The translations under genes were made by a program, and so were the position numbers. 64,000 nucleotides of DNA from Mycoplasmatota bacterium (GTDB taxonomy: Bacteria; Bacillota_I; Bacilli_A; MAG-NZ). The notes under the pieces are model-generated. The model did not search any database. It was not told where the DNA came from and saw only the letters and a list, made by a program, of their open reading frames with translations. The stretch is from assembly GCA_018394315.1 (NCBI GenBank), contig CP074575.1, forward strand, positions 1,644,615 to 1,708,614, written 5' to 3'. Positions 17,542 through 26,860 of this stretch are shown one piece after another (positions within the stretch are counted from its first letter, which is position 1; every line of letters starts with the position of its first letter).

Positions 17542-19322
17542 AATTTTCTTAAAACTTCCAGTACCGAATTATCATCAAGTTTATGTTCTATTAAAAGAGA
17601 TGCAACATCACCATGTTCAGGAATACTTTTAATATTCATTAGTTTAACATTAATTTGTTTTGATTTAGTAGACATATAAGAAATAACAGTCTGACCTAAA
17701 GAACCACTTTCTACTACATTTTCATAAATTAATGTTGGCAAACCATTGTCTAAGATTTCATCAACCATATCATGATCAATAGGTTTTATAAAACGGGCAT
17801 TATAAATATTTGCAGAAATATTATTCTTTTCAACTATTTTTATTAGTCTATTTACATCAGGACCATAACTAATAATATTAACATTATTACCCGTTAGTTC
17901 TTTTTTCCAACTTGGTCTATCGATTTTATCTACAGCTTTCTTATCAATAACTTTACTCTTTGGATATCTAATAACCATTGGACCGGTATTTATATTGAAA
18001 GCATAATCCATAAGCATATATGCCTCAACCGAATCCTTAGGCATTGCTATTTTTATATTAACCATAGCATTAAACATTGATATATCGAATATTCCCTGAT
18101 GCGTATCACCATCAAATGGTACTATACCAGCACGGTCTATACCAATAACCACATGAAGATTTTGTCGAACTATATCATGTAAAATATTATCGTAAGCTCT
18201 TTGAGCAAATGTCGAATAAAACGGCAAAAAGACTTTTTTATTATTTATTGCTAATCCTGCTGCCATTGTAGCAGCGTGTCCTTCCGCTATACCTACATCT
18301 ATTAAATTTCTGTCTTCAAACAATTCTAAACTCGACCCAGAGATCATAGCTGGTGTAATCACTGTGACATCTTCAATTTTACTTACTGCTGTAGATATTA
18401 ATTTACTCCAAGTCAGCACACCATCATTAGGAAACTCACCTGTTTTCACAGAATAATTACCTACACCATGCCACCTTACTTTATTATTTTGAGCTGGTTC
18501 GTAGCCTTTTCCTTTATCAGTCTTAACATGAATTATTACTGACTTATCGGTATTTTTCGCTAATTCTAAATGTCTAATTAACTCCTTAATATTATGTCCA
18601 TCTACAGGACCATAATAGTTATAACCTAGTGATTCAAAAATATTAGGCCCATCAACGAAATATTTAACAGTATTAGCAAAATTACTTAATAATTTTTTTA
18701 CAAAGTGAGGTACTTTACTTTTTGTAAATAAATACTGTTTATTTATACGAATTTCTCTAAATAACTTACTAAGTGCACCGACATTCTTCGAAATACTCAT
18801 TTCATTATCGTTTATAATTATTATCATCTTTTGATTATTCTGTCCAAAATGATTAATTGCCTCAAATGCCAATCCTCCTGTCATCGAACCATCACCAATA
18901 ACAGCAATAACATCTTGCTTTATATTATTTTGCCTATTAGCTTCAACAAAACCAACTGCAGCCGAAATACTAGTAGATGAATGACCAGTCTCAAAGACAT
19001 CATGTGGACTTTCACTTCGTTTAGGAAAACCGCTTAGTCCTTTAAATTGCCTTAAAGTAGGAAACTCTTTCGCCCTACCTGTAAGAATTTTATGAGTATA
19101 ACATTGATGTCCCACATCAAATATAATTTGATCTTTAGGCGAGTCAAAAACTTTATGCAAAGCAACTGTTAACTCAATAATACCCAAATTTGAGGCTAAA
19201 TGACCTCCTGTTTTAGATATTGATTCTATTAAGAATCCTCTAATTTTATTCGATAATTCAGTTAGTTCATTACTTGATTTATCTTTTAAGAATTCTGGAC
19301 CGTTTATGTTGAATAAATCCAT
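17538..19322 (-). CDS. dxs: 1-deoxy-D-xylulose-5-phosphate synthase
   Basis: GGHLASNLG, FDVGHQ, GHSSTSIS, GDGSMTGG, DVGIAE, DRAG, DGDTHQG. Confidence 0.97.
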   Translation of the reverse strand: MDLFNINGPEFLKDKSSNELTELSNKIRGFLIESISKTGGHLASNLGIIELTVALHKVFDSPKDQIIFDVGHQCYTHKILTGRAKEFPTLRQFKGLSGFPKRSESPHDVFETGHSSTSISAAVGFVEANRQNNIKQDVIAVIGDGSMTGGLAFEAINHFGQNNQKMIIIINDNEMSISKNVGALSKLFREIRINKQYLFTKSKVPHFVKKLLSNFANTVKYFVDGPNIFESLGYNYYGPVDGHNIKELIRHLELAKNTDKSVIIHVKTDKGKGYEPAQNNKVRWHGVGNYSVKTGEFPNDGVLTWSKLISTAVSKIEDVTVITPAMISGSSLELFEDRNLIDVGIAEGHAATMAAGLAINNKKVFLPFYSTFAQRAYDNILHDIVRQNLHVVIGIDRAGIVPFDGDTHQGIFDISMFNAMVNIKIAMPKDSVEAYMLMDYAFNINTGPMVIRYPKSKVIDKKAVDKIDRPSWKKELTGNNVNIISYGPDVNRLIKIVEKNNISANIYNARFIKPIDHDMVDEILDNGLPTLIYENVVESGSLGQTVISYMSTKSKQINVKLMNIKSIPEHGDVASLLIEHKLDDNSVLEVLRKL

Positions 19323-19333
19323 GTTATCATATC

Positions 19334-19516
19334 CTATTCCTCAATTTTATTAACTAAAACCTTTTGCGCTTCTTTCAATTTTTCGTGACAAATTTTACTA
19401 AGTTCTATTCCTCTTTTATACTTTTCAAGTGACTCCTCTAATGGTAAACTTTCACTTTCTAATTCTTTTACTAATATCTCTAATTCTTCAATCAAATTTT
19501 CAAAATTTTTACTCAT
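19334..19516 (-). CDS. xseB: Exodeoxyribonuclease VII small subunit
   Basis: FE...LE..V..LE...LPLEESLEKYKRG; follows xseA. Confidence 0.92.
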   Translation of the reverse strand: MSKNFENLIEELEILVKELESESLPLEESLEKYKRGIELSKICHEKLKEAQKVLVNKIEE

Positions 19517-20795
19517 AACTCTCATCCTTCCTCGTAGATTTCACTGAAAGATCAATAAATCCATCAATAACTCTTAATTCAATATTATCATTAACAGAAA
19601 CATCTTGAATAGATGTAACTATTTTGTTATTTATTGAAGCAATACTATAACCTTTCTTCATAATATTTAAAGGATTTAGAATGTCTAATTTCTCAATTAG
19701 TCCAATAAATTTATTGGTTTTATTCTCGAGTCTATGTTTTATAGTAGTGCTCATTAGGTTATTCATTAATTCTAATCTTTCTTTGTAATCATCTATAACT
19801 TTTTCTGGACTATATGTGCCTATTCTGTTAATAAGGTTGTCCAGTTTGATTTCGTATTTACTAAGTAGCCTAATCGGATTATTAAACACATATGAGTTAG
19901 ATAAATAATTAAGTCTATTTAGTCTACTACTGATTTTATTCTTAACAGTTTTATCTAAATGTCTCCTAATACTACTAATATCTTGCATAAGAGCAAATTT
20001 ATCAGGAACAGCTAACTCAGCAGCAGCTGTAGGAGTAGGAGCTCTTAAATCAGCTATAAAATCCGAAATAGTGAAATCCGTCTCATGCCCTACTGCAGAA
20101 ATTATAGGAATCTTAGACTTATAAATAGCTTCAGCCACAATTTCTTCATTAAAAGCCCATAAATCTTCAATGCTTCCTCCACCTCTTCCAACAATCAATA
20201 GATCGCATTCATTTAGTTCATTAGCTTTATCGATTGATTTCACTATAGAAAATTTAGCATTTTCTCCTTGAACTAAAGTTGGAAAGAAGTCCATTCTAAC
20301 TAATGGATATCTTCTATTAATGGTATTATAAATATCTCTTACCGCAGCACCAGTTGGTGAAGTAATCACACCAACTACTTTAGGAAATTTAGGTATTTTT
20401 TTCTTTATATTGTCATCAAGCTTTCCAGCTTTTAATAATTTATCTTTTAATTTTTGAAATTCTAAATTAATATTACCTTTACCGAATTCTTCCATTTTAC
20501 TAACATATATTTGATATTTACCTGTTGCTTCATAAATAGAGACATAACCTCGTACAATTACTTCCATTCCTTCAGCAGGTTTGAACTTAATTTTCGTAGC
20601 ACTTGAGGAAAACATGATTGCACTTATCTGAGAGAATTCATCTTTTAGTGTAAAATAAAAATGTCCTCTAGAATGGTGAGTAAAGTTTGAAATTTCTCCT
20701 TTTAATGAAATGTTTTTTAAAAAAGTATCTGCATCAAATTTCTGTTTCAGATACTTTGTTAGTTCTTTAATTGTGAAGTAATCCTGTTTAATCAC
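19509..20795 (-). CDS. xseA: Exodeoxyribonuclease VII large subunit
   Basis: GEISNF, GHFYFTLKD, RGGGSIEDLWAFN, VGHETDFT, APTPTAAAE. Confidence 0.97.
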   Translation of the reverse strand: MIKQDYFTIKELTKYLKQKFDADTFLKNISLKGEISNFTHHSRGHFYFTLKDEFSQISAIMFSSSATKIKFKPAEGMEVIVRGYVSIYEATGKYQIYVSKMEEFGKGNINLEFQKLKDKLLKAGKLDDNIKKKIPKFPKVVGVITSPTGAAVRDIYNTINRRYPLVRMDFFPTLVQGENAKFSIVKSIDKANELNECDLLIVGRGGGSIEDLWAFNEEIVAEAIYKSKIPIISAVGHETDFTISDFIADLRAPTPTAAAELAVPDKFALMQDISSIRRHLDKTVKNKISSRLNRLNYLSNSYVFNNPIRLLSKYEIKLDNLINRIGTYSPEKVIDDYKERLELMNNLMSTTIKHRLENKTNKFIGLIEKLDILNPLNIMKKGYSIASINNKIVTSIQDVSVNDNIELRVIDGFIDLSVKSTRKDESYE

Positions 20796-20800
20796 AACAA

Positions 20801-21205
20801 TCACCTCATTTTTAATTGTTTATGAATTTTATCAAGTAGTTTGTTGTTAAATGCTTTGGAATTTAGATCATCAGTTTCTGAATATTTCTTACTCAGTTCT
20901 ACAGCTTCATTTATAATTATACTCTTATCTAAATCAACATATAACATCTCGTATACAGCGAGTCTTATAATAGCACGGTCAACAAAATTTAGTCTCTTTA
21001 TACTCCAGTTAGTTAAGTTATTAGTTATAATTTCATCTATTTCATTAAGATGATTCATAACGCCCTCAACCATTTCAATAATGTAATCACTAATGTCTAC
21101 TGCTAGATAAGCTTCCTTTAAATTACAATGTGTTAAATCTATCATGTACAAAACACTTACAATTGCTTCGCGTTCTTGTCTTCTCTTGGTTATATTATTC
21201 ATCAT
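20801..21205 (-). CDS. nusB: Transcription antitermination factor NusB
   Basis: 'NWSIKRL..VDRAIIRLAVYEM', 'IINEAVELSKKY'. Confidence 0.95.
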   Translation of the reverse strand: MMNNITKRRQEREAIVSVLYMIDLTHCNLKEAYLAVDISDYIIEMVEGVMNHLNEIDEIITNNLTNWSIKRLNFVDRAIIRLAVYEMLYVDLDKSIIINEAVELSKKYSETDDLNSKAFNNKLLDKIHKQLKMR

Positions 21206-21285
21206 GTGCTCCTAAATCTATCTTTATATTATTTCATTATTTAATTTATAATCTTCATATCTATTATACTTCATTTTGCCAAAAT

Positions 21286-21310
21286 AAAAAGCAAAATCTT
21301 CTGATTTTGC
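21286..21310 (-). terminator. Intrinsic terminator after spoIIIAH
   Basis: GCAAAATC-agaa-GATTTTGC followed by TTTTT. Confidence 0.7.
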
Positions 21311-21311
21311 C

Positions 21312-21812
21312 TTAATTATTCACTACTTCTGTTTCAGCAGTATCATATTTAATAGTAACTTCCGCGTCTGCTCCAAATTCTATCATAGTCATTTTAATGA
21401 TTTCATTAGCTTCCGAAGCAGAAAACTCATCTGTCAATATTTTAACTGTAATTTGATTTCCATTCGAATGCACAAAAGCATCATAATAACCATAGTCTAC
21501 TATTTCCATTTCAAGCAATTGCTCTTTCTCACTTGTTCTAACCATTTCTTGCATTGCATTAATAGCTAGAGTTTTTTCTTCTAACGATGAATCGCTATCA
21601 CCTATTATATCTTGGAAGACTAAAATCATTTGATTTCTTTCCTCTTCAACACTTAATCTCATTGATACATATTCCTGGTTATTCTCTAAGTTAGCAGTAG
21701 TAACCACTTGGTCAGTAACACTCTCATCAGAAGGTGTTGTTCTAATATAATAGATCGTTAACATCATAATCACCGTTAGTAAAATTAACGAAACTTGATT
21801 CCTCTTAATCAT
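21312..21812 (-). CDS. spoIIIAH: SpoIIIAH-like protein
   Basis: N-terminal 'KRNQVSLILLTVIMMLTIYY' TM, 'R..EEERNQ', 'E..LE..I...GYYDAFV'; upstream of nusB as in Bacillus. Confidence 0.85.
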   Translation of the reverse strand: MIKRNQVSLILLTVIMMLTIYYIRTTPSDESVTDQVVTTANLENNQEYVSMRLSVEEERNQMILVFQDIIGDSDSSLEEKTLAINAMQEMVRTSEKEQLLEMEIVDYGYYDAFVHSNGNQITVKILTDEFSASEANEIIKMTMIEFGADAEVTIKYDTAETEVVNN

Positions 21813-21842
21813 TCAATCATCCCTTACATACATTTCTACTTA

Positions 21843-21871
21843 AATATATGATTGGACAATTTCAAATATGA
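21843..21871 (-). promoter_or_regulatory. sigmaE-type promoter for spoIIIAH
   Basis: TCATATT-14 nt-CATATATT, matching the Bacillus sigmaE consensus and spacing. Confidence 0.7.
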
Positions 21872-21878
21872 TACTCAA

Positions 21879-22586
21879 TTATTCAGTTATACACTTAATT
21901 GCATAAGATGCTGCTATCAAACCAACAACACTTGGAACAAAGGCGTTTGACCCAGGTGGAGGTAACATTGACCTATCTTCAAAATTTTCAAAAGCTTTGG
22001 AAATTTTCCTAGGTACTTCTTTTGAATATACAACAGGCACTTTCCCTTTAACCCTTTCTTTTCGCAGCTTCTGTCTTATTATTCTAGCAATTGGATCATA
22101 CTCAGTTTTAGATATATCGGCTATTTGAAACATAGTTGGATCAACTTTGTTTCCAGCTCCCATACTCGAGATAAATCTAACATTCTCCATCAAACATTTT
22201 TTAATTAATTTTATCTTGTTTGTTATAGTATCAATTGCATCAATAACAAAATCACACTCAGGAATTAAACTAAATGCATCATTTAGTTCAAATACATTAA
22301 TTGTATGAACTTTACAGCTTGGGTTAATATCTAAAATTCTATCCTTCATTACATCTACTTTTTCTTTACCTACTGTAGAATGTAGTGCATGAATTTGTCG
22401 ATTTATATTAGTAATATCAATTTTATCCTTATCTACTAATATTAATTTTCCAACTCCAGTTCTAGCTAGGGCTTCAGCGGCATAACTACCTACACCACCT
22501 ATGCCAACTACCATAACTGTAGATTCTTTAATCGATTCTATTTTATCACCATAAATCAACTTGGTACGGGTATAAATACTATCCAT
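21879..22586 (-). CDS. tcdA: tRNA threonylcarbamoyladenosine dehydratase (ThiF family, YrvM)
   Basis: GIGGVGSYAAEALAR, TNINRQIHAL, SSMGAGNKVDP; follows aspS. Confidence 0.9.
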   Translation of the reverse strand: MDSIYTRTKLIYGDKIESIKESTVMVVGIGGVGSYAAEALARTGVGKLILVDKDKIDITNINRQIHALHSTVGKEKVDVMKDRILDINPSCKVHTINVFELNDAFSLIPECDFVIDAIDTITNKIKLIKKCLMENVRFISSMGAGNKVDPTMFQIADISKTEYDPIARIIRQKLRKERVKGKVPVVYSKEVPRKISKAFENFEDRSMLPPPGSNAFVPSVVGLIAASYAIKCITE

Positions 22587-24324
22587 CCAATTTTACACCT
22601 AATTCTTTAAGTTGATCAGTTGAAACTTTACTAGGAGCTTCAGTCATTGTACACTGTGCACTTGTAGTTTTAGGAAAAGCGATTACGTCACGAATATTAG
22701 TTGTATTAGTAAGTAGCATAATCATTCTATCAAGTCCTAATGCTATTCCACCGTGTGGAGGAGTCCCATATTTAAGTGATTCAATAAAGAATCCAAATTG
22801 ATTTTCAGCATCTTCAGGCGTAAACCCTAATACTTCAAACATTTTAGCTTGCAATTCTTGGTTATAGATTCGTAGACTACCACCACCTAGTTCATATCCA
22901 TTACATACTACGTCATATGCGTCTGCAATACATTCTCTTGGATTATTATACATGTTATCAACTTGATCATTTTTTGGTGCAGTAAAAGGGTGATGTGCCG
23001 CATAAAAACGCCCTTCTTCTTCATCATATTCATATAACGGCCAATCTACAACCCAACAAAAGTCGAATTGTTTCTTATTTATCAAATCTAATTGATTAGC
23101 AATATGAACTCTCAATGCACCTAATGAATTATGTACTATGTTTTCTTTGTCAGCAACGAATAAAATCAAGTCATTGTTTTCTAATGAAACTTTATTGATT
23201 ACATTCGCTTTTTCATCATCACTTAAGAATTTAGCTATGGGACCAGTTAATTCATCTTGATATTTAAGCCATGCTAATCCTTTAGCCTTATATATTTTTG
23301 CGAAATCTTCTAATTTAGTAATGTCTTTACGAGAATACTTATCAGCTGAATCTTTAACGACTATAGCTTTTACTAGTCCATTATTTGTAACTGTGTTTTT
23401 AAATACACTAAATTCAGAATTAACGAATACTTCACTTAAATCTTCTAGTAACATTCCAAATCTTCTATCAGGTTTGTCACTTCCATATTTATTAACAGCT
23501 TCATGATAAGTTAAAACATCAAAAGGTGCATTTATTTCTACGTTTATAGAGTCTTTCCAAACCTTAACTAACAATCCCTCTGTCATAGCCATAATCTCTT
23601 CTTGAGTTAAGAATGATGTTTCTATATCGATTTGTGTAAATTCGGGTTGTCTATCAGCTCTTAAGTCTTCGTCTCTAAAACATTTAGCAATTTGATAGTA
23701 TCTTTCAAACCCAGAAATCATAAATAATTGTTTAAATATTTGTGGACTTTGTGGTAAAGCATAGAAACTACCCTTATTCACTCTTGAAGGTACTAAATAA
23801 TCCCTTGCACCCTCTGGAGTTGATTTAGTCAATATTGGTGTTTCTAACTCTAAAAATTCATGACTATTTAAATATTCTCTAGTTGATTGCATAGCTACAT
23901 GTCTAGTCATTAAAAAGTTTTGCATAACAGGTCTTCTTAAATCCAAATATCTAAATTTTAGTCTAGTATCTTCTAACGCATCCGTCTCGTCAGCAACAAT
24001 AATAGGAGGTTGCTTAGCTTCATTAATAATCTCTATTTCAGATGCAAGAATCTCTATTTCTCCGGTTGGAATAGTAAGATTCTTATTTTCTCTTTCAACT
24101 ACTATCCCCTTAACATATACTACAAATTCATTTTTTAAAGCTTTTGCTTTCTCATAGTTAGGATTTTCCGGACTAACTACGATTTGAGTAATACCATATC
24201 TATCTCTTAAGTCAATAAATATAAGTCCACCTAAGTTTCTAGTTTTAGAAACCCAACCTTTAAGTTCTACAATTGCATTTACATAATCTATTTTTAATTC
24301 GTTATTATTATGTGTTCTATTCAT
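22579..24324 (-). CDS. aspS: Aspartate-tRNA ligase
   Basis: GGLIFIDLRD, PEGARDYLVPSR, FRDEDLRADRQPEF, PPHGGIALGLDR. Confidence 0.98.
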   Translation of the reverse strand: MNRTHNNNELKIDYVNAIVELKGWVSKTRNLGGLIFIDLRDRYGITQIVVSPENPNYEKAKALKNEFVVYVKGIVVERENKNLTIPTGEIEILASEIEIINEAKQPPIIVADETDALEDTRLKFRYLDLRRPVMQNFLMTRHVAMQSTREYLNSHEFLELETPILTKSTPEGARDYLVPSRVNKGSFYALPQSPQIFKQLFMISGFERYYQIAKCFRDEDLRADRQPEFTQIDIETSFLTQEEIMAMTEGLLVKVWKDSINVEINAPFDVLTYHEAVNKYGSDKPDRRFGMLLEDLSEVFVNSEFSVFKNTVTNNGLVKAIVVKDSADKYSRKDITKLEDFAKIYKAKGLAWLKYQDELTGPIAKFLSDDEKANVINKVSLENNDLILFVADKENIVHNSLGALRVHIANQLDLINKKQFDFCWVVDWPLYEYDEEEGRFYAAHHPFTAPKNDQVDNMYNNPRECIADAYDVVCNGYELGGGSLRIYNQELQAKMFEVLGFTPEDAENQFGFFIESLKYGTPPHGGIALGLDRMIMLLTNTTNIRDVIAFPKTTSAQCTMTEAPSKVSTDQLKELGVKLDG

Positions 24325-25582
24325 TTATCTCACCTAAATTCAGACTATCCAAGTAGTCAATTATATTTTCTAGTTTTACATTAATTTGTTCACCTTGGTG
24401 TTTAACTATAATTTCTTCATTATTAAATTCTTCTTCACCTAAAATCAGAATAATTTCAGCATTCATTTTGTCTGCTTGCTTTAATTGTGCTTTTAATGAT
24501 TTTTCTTCATGACTCATTTCAGTAATAAACCCACTTAATCTTAAAGCATCAACCAATCTAGCACCTTCTACTCTTGTTTCAGGGAAAGTCGCTACATAAC
24601 AGTTAATATATTCTGGTTTTGATAATTTAATTCCAGCTGCTTCTAATGCCAATAATGTTCTATCTACACCAAACGCAAATCCAATACCAGGAATGTCTGG
24701 TCCACCAAATTCTTTAACTAAACCATTATAACGTCCACCACCACATAATGTATTTTGAGAACCGAATCCTTCGATTGTAGCTTGTAATTCAAACACTGTG
24801 TGGTTGTAGTAATCTAAACCTCTCACCAATGTTTCATCCACTTCATAAGGGATTCCTAATGCATCTAGATATTCAAGCATTCCATCAAAGAACTTTTGAG
24901 CTTTTTCTGTACGATATTCACTCATATTTGGAGGACTATCAAATGAATCAATTTTACAATCCAATACTCTTAATGGGTTTGTATCAATTCTTTCTTTACA
25001 ATCATTACATAAATATTCTTTTTGAGGTGTTAAATAATCTACTAATGCATTTCTATAGTTATCTCTTGAGTCTTGATCACCTAAAGTATTTACTTTAACA
25101 ACTAATTGATCAAAACCTAAGATTGAATAAATATGATATGCCATTGAAATGACCTCAGCATCCAATAATGGAGATTCTGCACCAAAAGCTTCTACTCCAA
25201 ATTGTGTGAATTGTCTATACCTACCTGCTTGTGGTCTTTCATATCTAAACATTGGACCATAATAGTATACTTTTTGAGGTAAAGAATCTACATACAGTTT
25301 ATTTTCAACAAAAGCTCTTACAGTTGAAGCAGTACCTTCTGGTCTTAAAGTCATCGATCTTTTTCCACGATCAGTAAATGTATATGTTTCCTTTTTTACA
25401 ATATCTGATTCTTCTCCAGAACTTCTATGGAATATTTCGGTTCTTTCAAATATTGGAGTTCTTATCTCTTTGAAATTATAGTAAGAGCATACACTTCTAA
25501 ATACGTCTTCAAGATATTGCCATTTCTTGCTTTCTCTTGGTAAAACATCATAAGTACCTTTAGGTTTTTGCATTATCATCAT
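24317..25582 (-). CDS. hisS: Histidine-tRNA ligase
   Basis: LRPEGTAS, FRYERPQAGRYRQF, LVRGLDYY, GGGRYNGL; start at one of the Met codons 25573-25582. Confidence 0.98.
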   Translation of the reverse strand: MMIMQKPKGTYDVLPRESKKWQYLEDVFRSVCSYYNFKEIRTPIFERTEIFHRSSGEESDIVKKETYTFTDRGKRSMTLRPEGTASTVRAFVENKLYVDSLPQKVYYYGPMFRYERPQAGRYRQFTQFGVEAFGAESPLLDAEVISMAYHIYSILGFDQLVVKVNTLGDQDSRDNYRNALVDYLTPQKEYLCNDCKERIDTNPLRVLDCKIDSFDSPPNMSEYRTEKAQKFFDGMLEYLDALGIPYEVDETLVRGLDYYNHTVFELQATIEGFGSQNTLCGGGRYNGLVKEFGGPDIPGIGFAFGVDRTLLALEAAGIKLSKPEYINCYVATFPETRVEGARLVDALRLSGFITEMSHEEKSLKAQLKQADKMNAEIILILGEEEFNNEEIIVKHQGEQINVKLENIIDYLDSLNLGEINE

Positions 25583-26111
25583 TCCTTTCCTTTTTTTCGT
25601 ATTCACTTTTTAACATTGAATATCCAAAACTATCTAAATATTTTCCATCAAATCTTTTAATATCTTCTCTTCTAATCCCTTCAAAGATGAATCCCATCTT
25701 TTCAATAACTCTCTTAGACTGAGTATTAAATGGAAAATGAAAAATCTCAATTTTATGTAGCTTTTCTTCTTCAAAAGCATATTTAATTACTGCCTTACAA
25801 GCTTCTGGTGTTATACCTTGTCCCCAGTATTCTTCCCTCAAAACGTAGCCTAATTCTTTTTTGTTTCTACTACTCCTTTTATGTAGTCCAATTGTCCCTA
25901 TCAGCCTACTGTCTTTTTTATGATATAGTCCCCATACTTCATTAGAGGTAATCATACTTTTTAGTATTTTTTCTGACTCTTCCATAGAATCGTGGGGTTT
26001 CCAACCTGCCATTGGACCTATTTTAGGATTCTTACAATAATCAAAGAAGTCACTTAAGTTATCTAGTGATAATCCTTTTAATATTAATCTTTCAGTTTTT
26101 AGTTCCTTCAT
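25560..26111 (-). CDS. RimJ/RimL family GNAT N-acetyltransferase
   Basis: 'LKTERLIL', 'ELGYVL...YWGQG', 'N..SKRVIEKMGF.FEG'. Confidence 0.9.
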   Translation of the reverse strand: MKELKTERLILKGLSLDNLSDFFDYCKNPKIGPMAGWKPHDSMEESEKILKSMITSNEVWGLYHKKDSRLIGTIGLHKRSSRNKKELGYVLREEYWGQGITPEACKAVIKYAFEEEKLHKIEIFHFPFNTQSKRVIEKMGFIFEGIRREDIKRFDGKYLDSFGYSMLKSEYEKKERNDDNAKT

Positions 26112-26127
26112 TTAAAACCTCCTTACT

Positions 26128-26356
26128 AAAAAAAGTCCTTAAGAACATTGTTCTCTAAGGACGAATATATCGCGGTGCCACCTTAGTTCAAAGTCCATTG
26201 ACTTTGCCCTCAACCTATAACGTTAGGTTAACGTTACTTCCTAAATAGTTTCGGAAGTACCTTTCATTAGTGTCTTTCATTAAAACAATCATAAATGCTT
26301 TCACCTACCGCATTTTCTCTATAAAAATTGTATTAATTACTTTCTAAATCAAAAAG
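26128..26356 (-). ncRNA. T-box riboswitch, Asp specifier (GAC), transcription-attenuation type
   Basis: Stem I with AGTA/GAA loop-E, AGAGA and GGTGAA motifs, specifier loop GAAAGACA; T-box AAGGTGGCACCGCG (26171-26184); terminator GTCCTT...AAGGAC-T7. Confidence 0.93.
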
Positions 26357-26377
26357 TTTTATATTTATTTATGGTTT

Positions 26378-26406
26378 ATTCTATATATATTTAACTCAAA
26401 TGTCAA
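26378..26406 (-). promoter_or_regulatory. sigmaA promoter of the T-box leader
   Basis: TTGACA-17 nt-TAGAAT. Confidence 0.8.
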
Positions 26407-26425
26407 ATTTAGGTTTAAAATTAAC

Positions 26426-26860
26426 TTATTTTTCGATCATAAGCGTAACTGGTCCATCGTTAGTAAATTCTAATTTCATATGTTCCCCAAACACTCCAGT
26501 TGAAATTTCTATCTTTTTAGATAGTTTCTCATTAAATAAATTATATAATTCATTTGCTTGATTTGGTTCTAGTGCATCAATAAATGATGGTCTATTTCCT
26601 TTACTCGCATTACCATACAGCGTAAATTGAGATACAGATAAGATACTACCTCCAACATCAAGAACAGACTTATTCATTTTTCCTTCTGAGTCTTCAAATA
26701 TTCTTAAATTAAGACACTTTTTAACCATCCAATCAAGTTTATCAATCGAATCATCTTTCGTAAATCCAATTAACAATAATAATCCACTATCAATAACACT
26801 ATATTCTTTATCGTCTATTATTACTTTGGCATTATTCACTCTTTGAACTAGAACTCTCAT
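26426..26860 (-). CDS. dtd: D-aminoacyl-tRNA deacylase
   Basis: MRVLVQRV, SQFTL, GNRPSF, NDGPVT. Confidence 0.97.
   Translation of the reverse strand: MRVLVQRVNNAKVIIDDKEYSVIDSGLLLLIGFTKDDSIDKLDWMVKKCLNLRIFEDSEGKMNKSVLDVGGSILSVSQFTLYGNASKGNRPSFIDALEPNQANELYNLFNEKLSKKIEISTGVFGEHMKLEFTNDGPVTLMIEK

Noticed and set aside
22570..22600. 6S RNA between aspS and tcdA (its position in B. subtilis)
   Set aside because: The two genes overlap by 8 nt, leaving no room.
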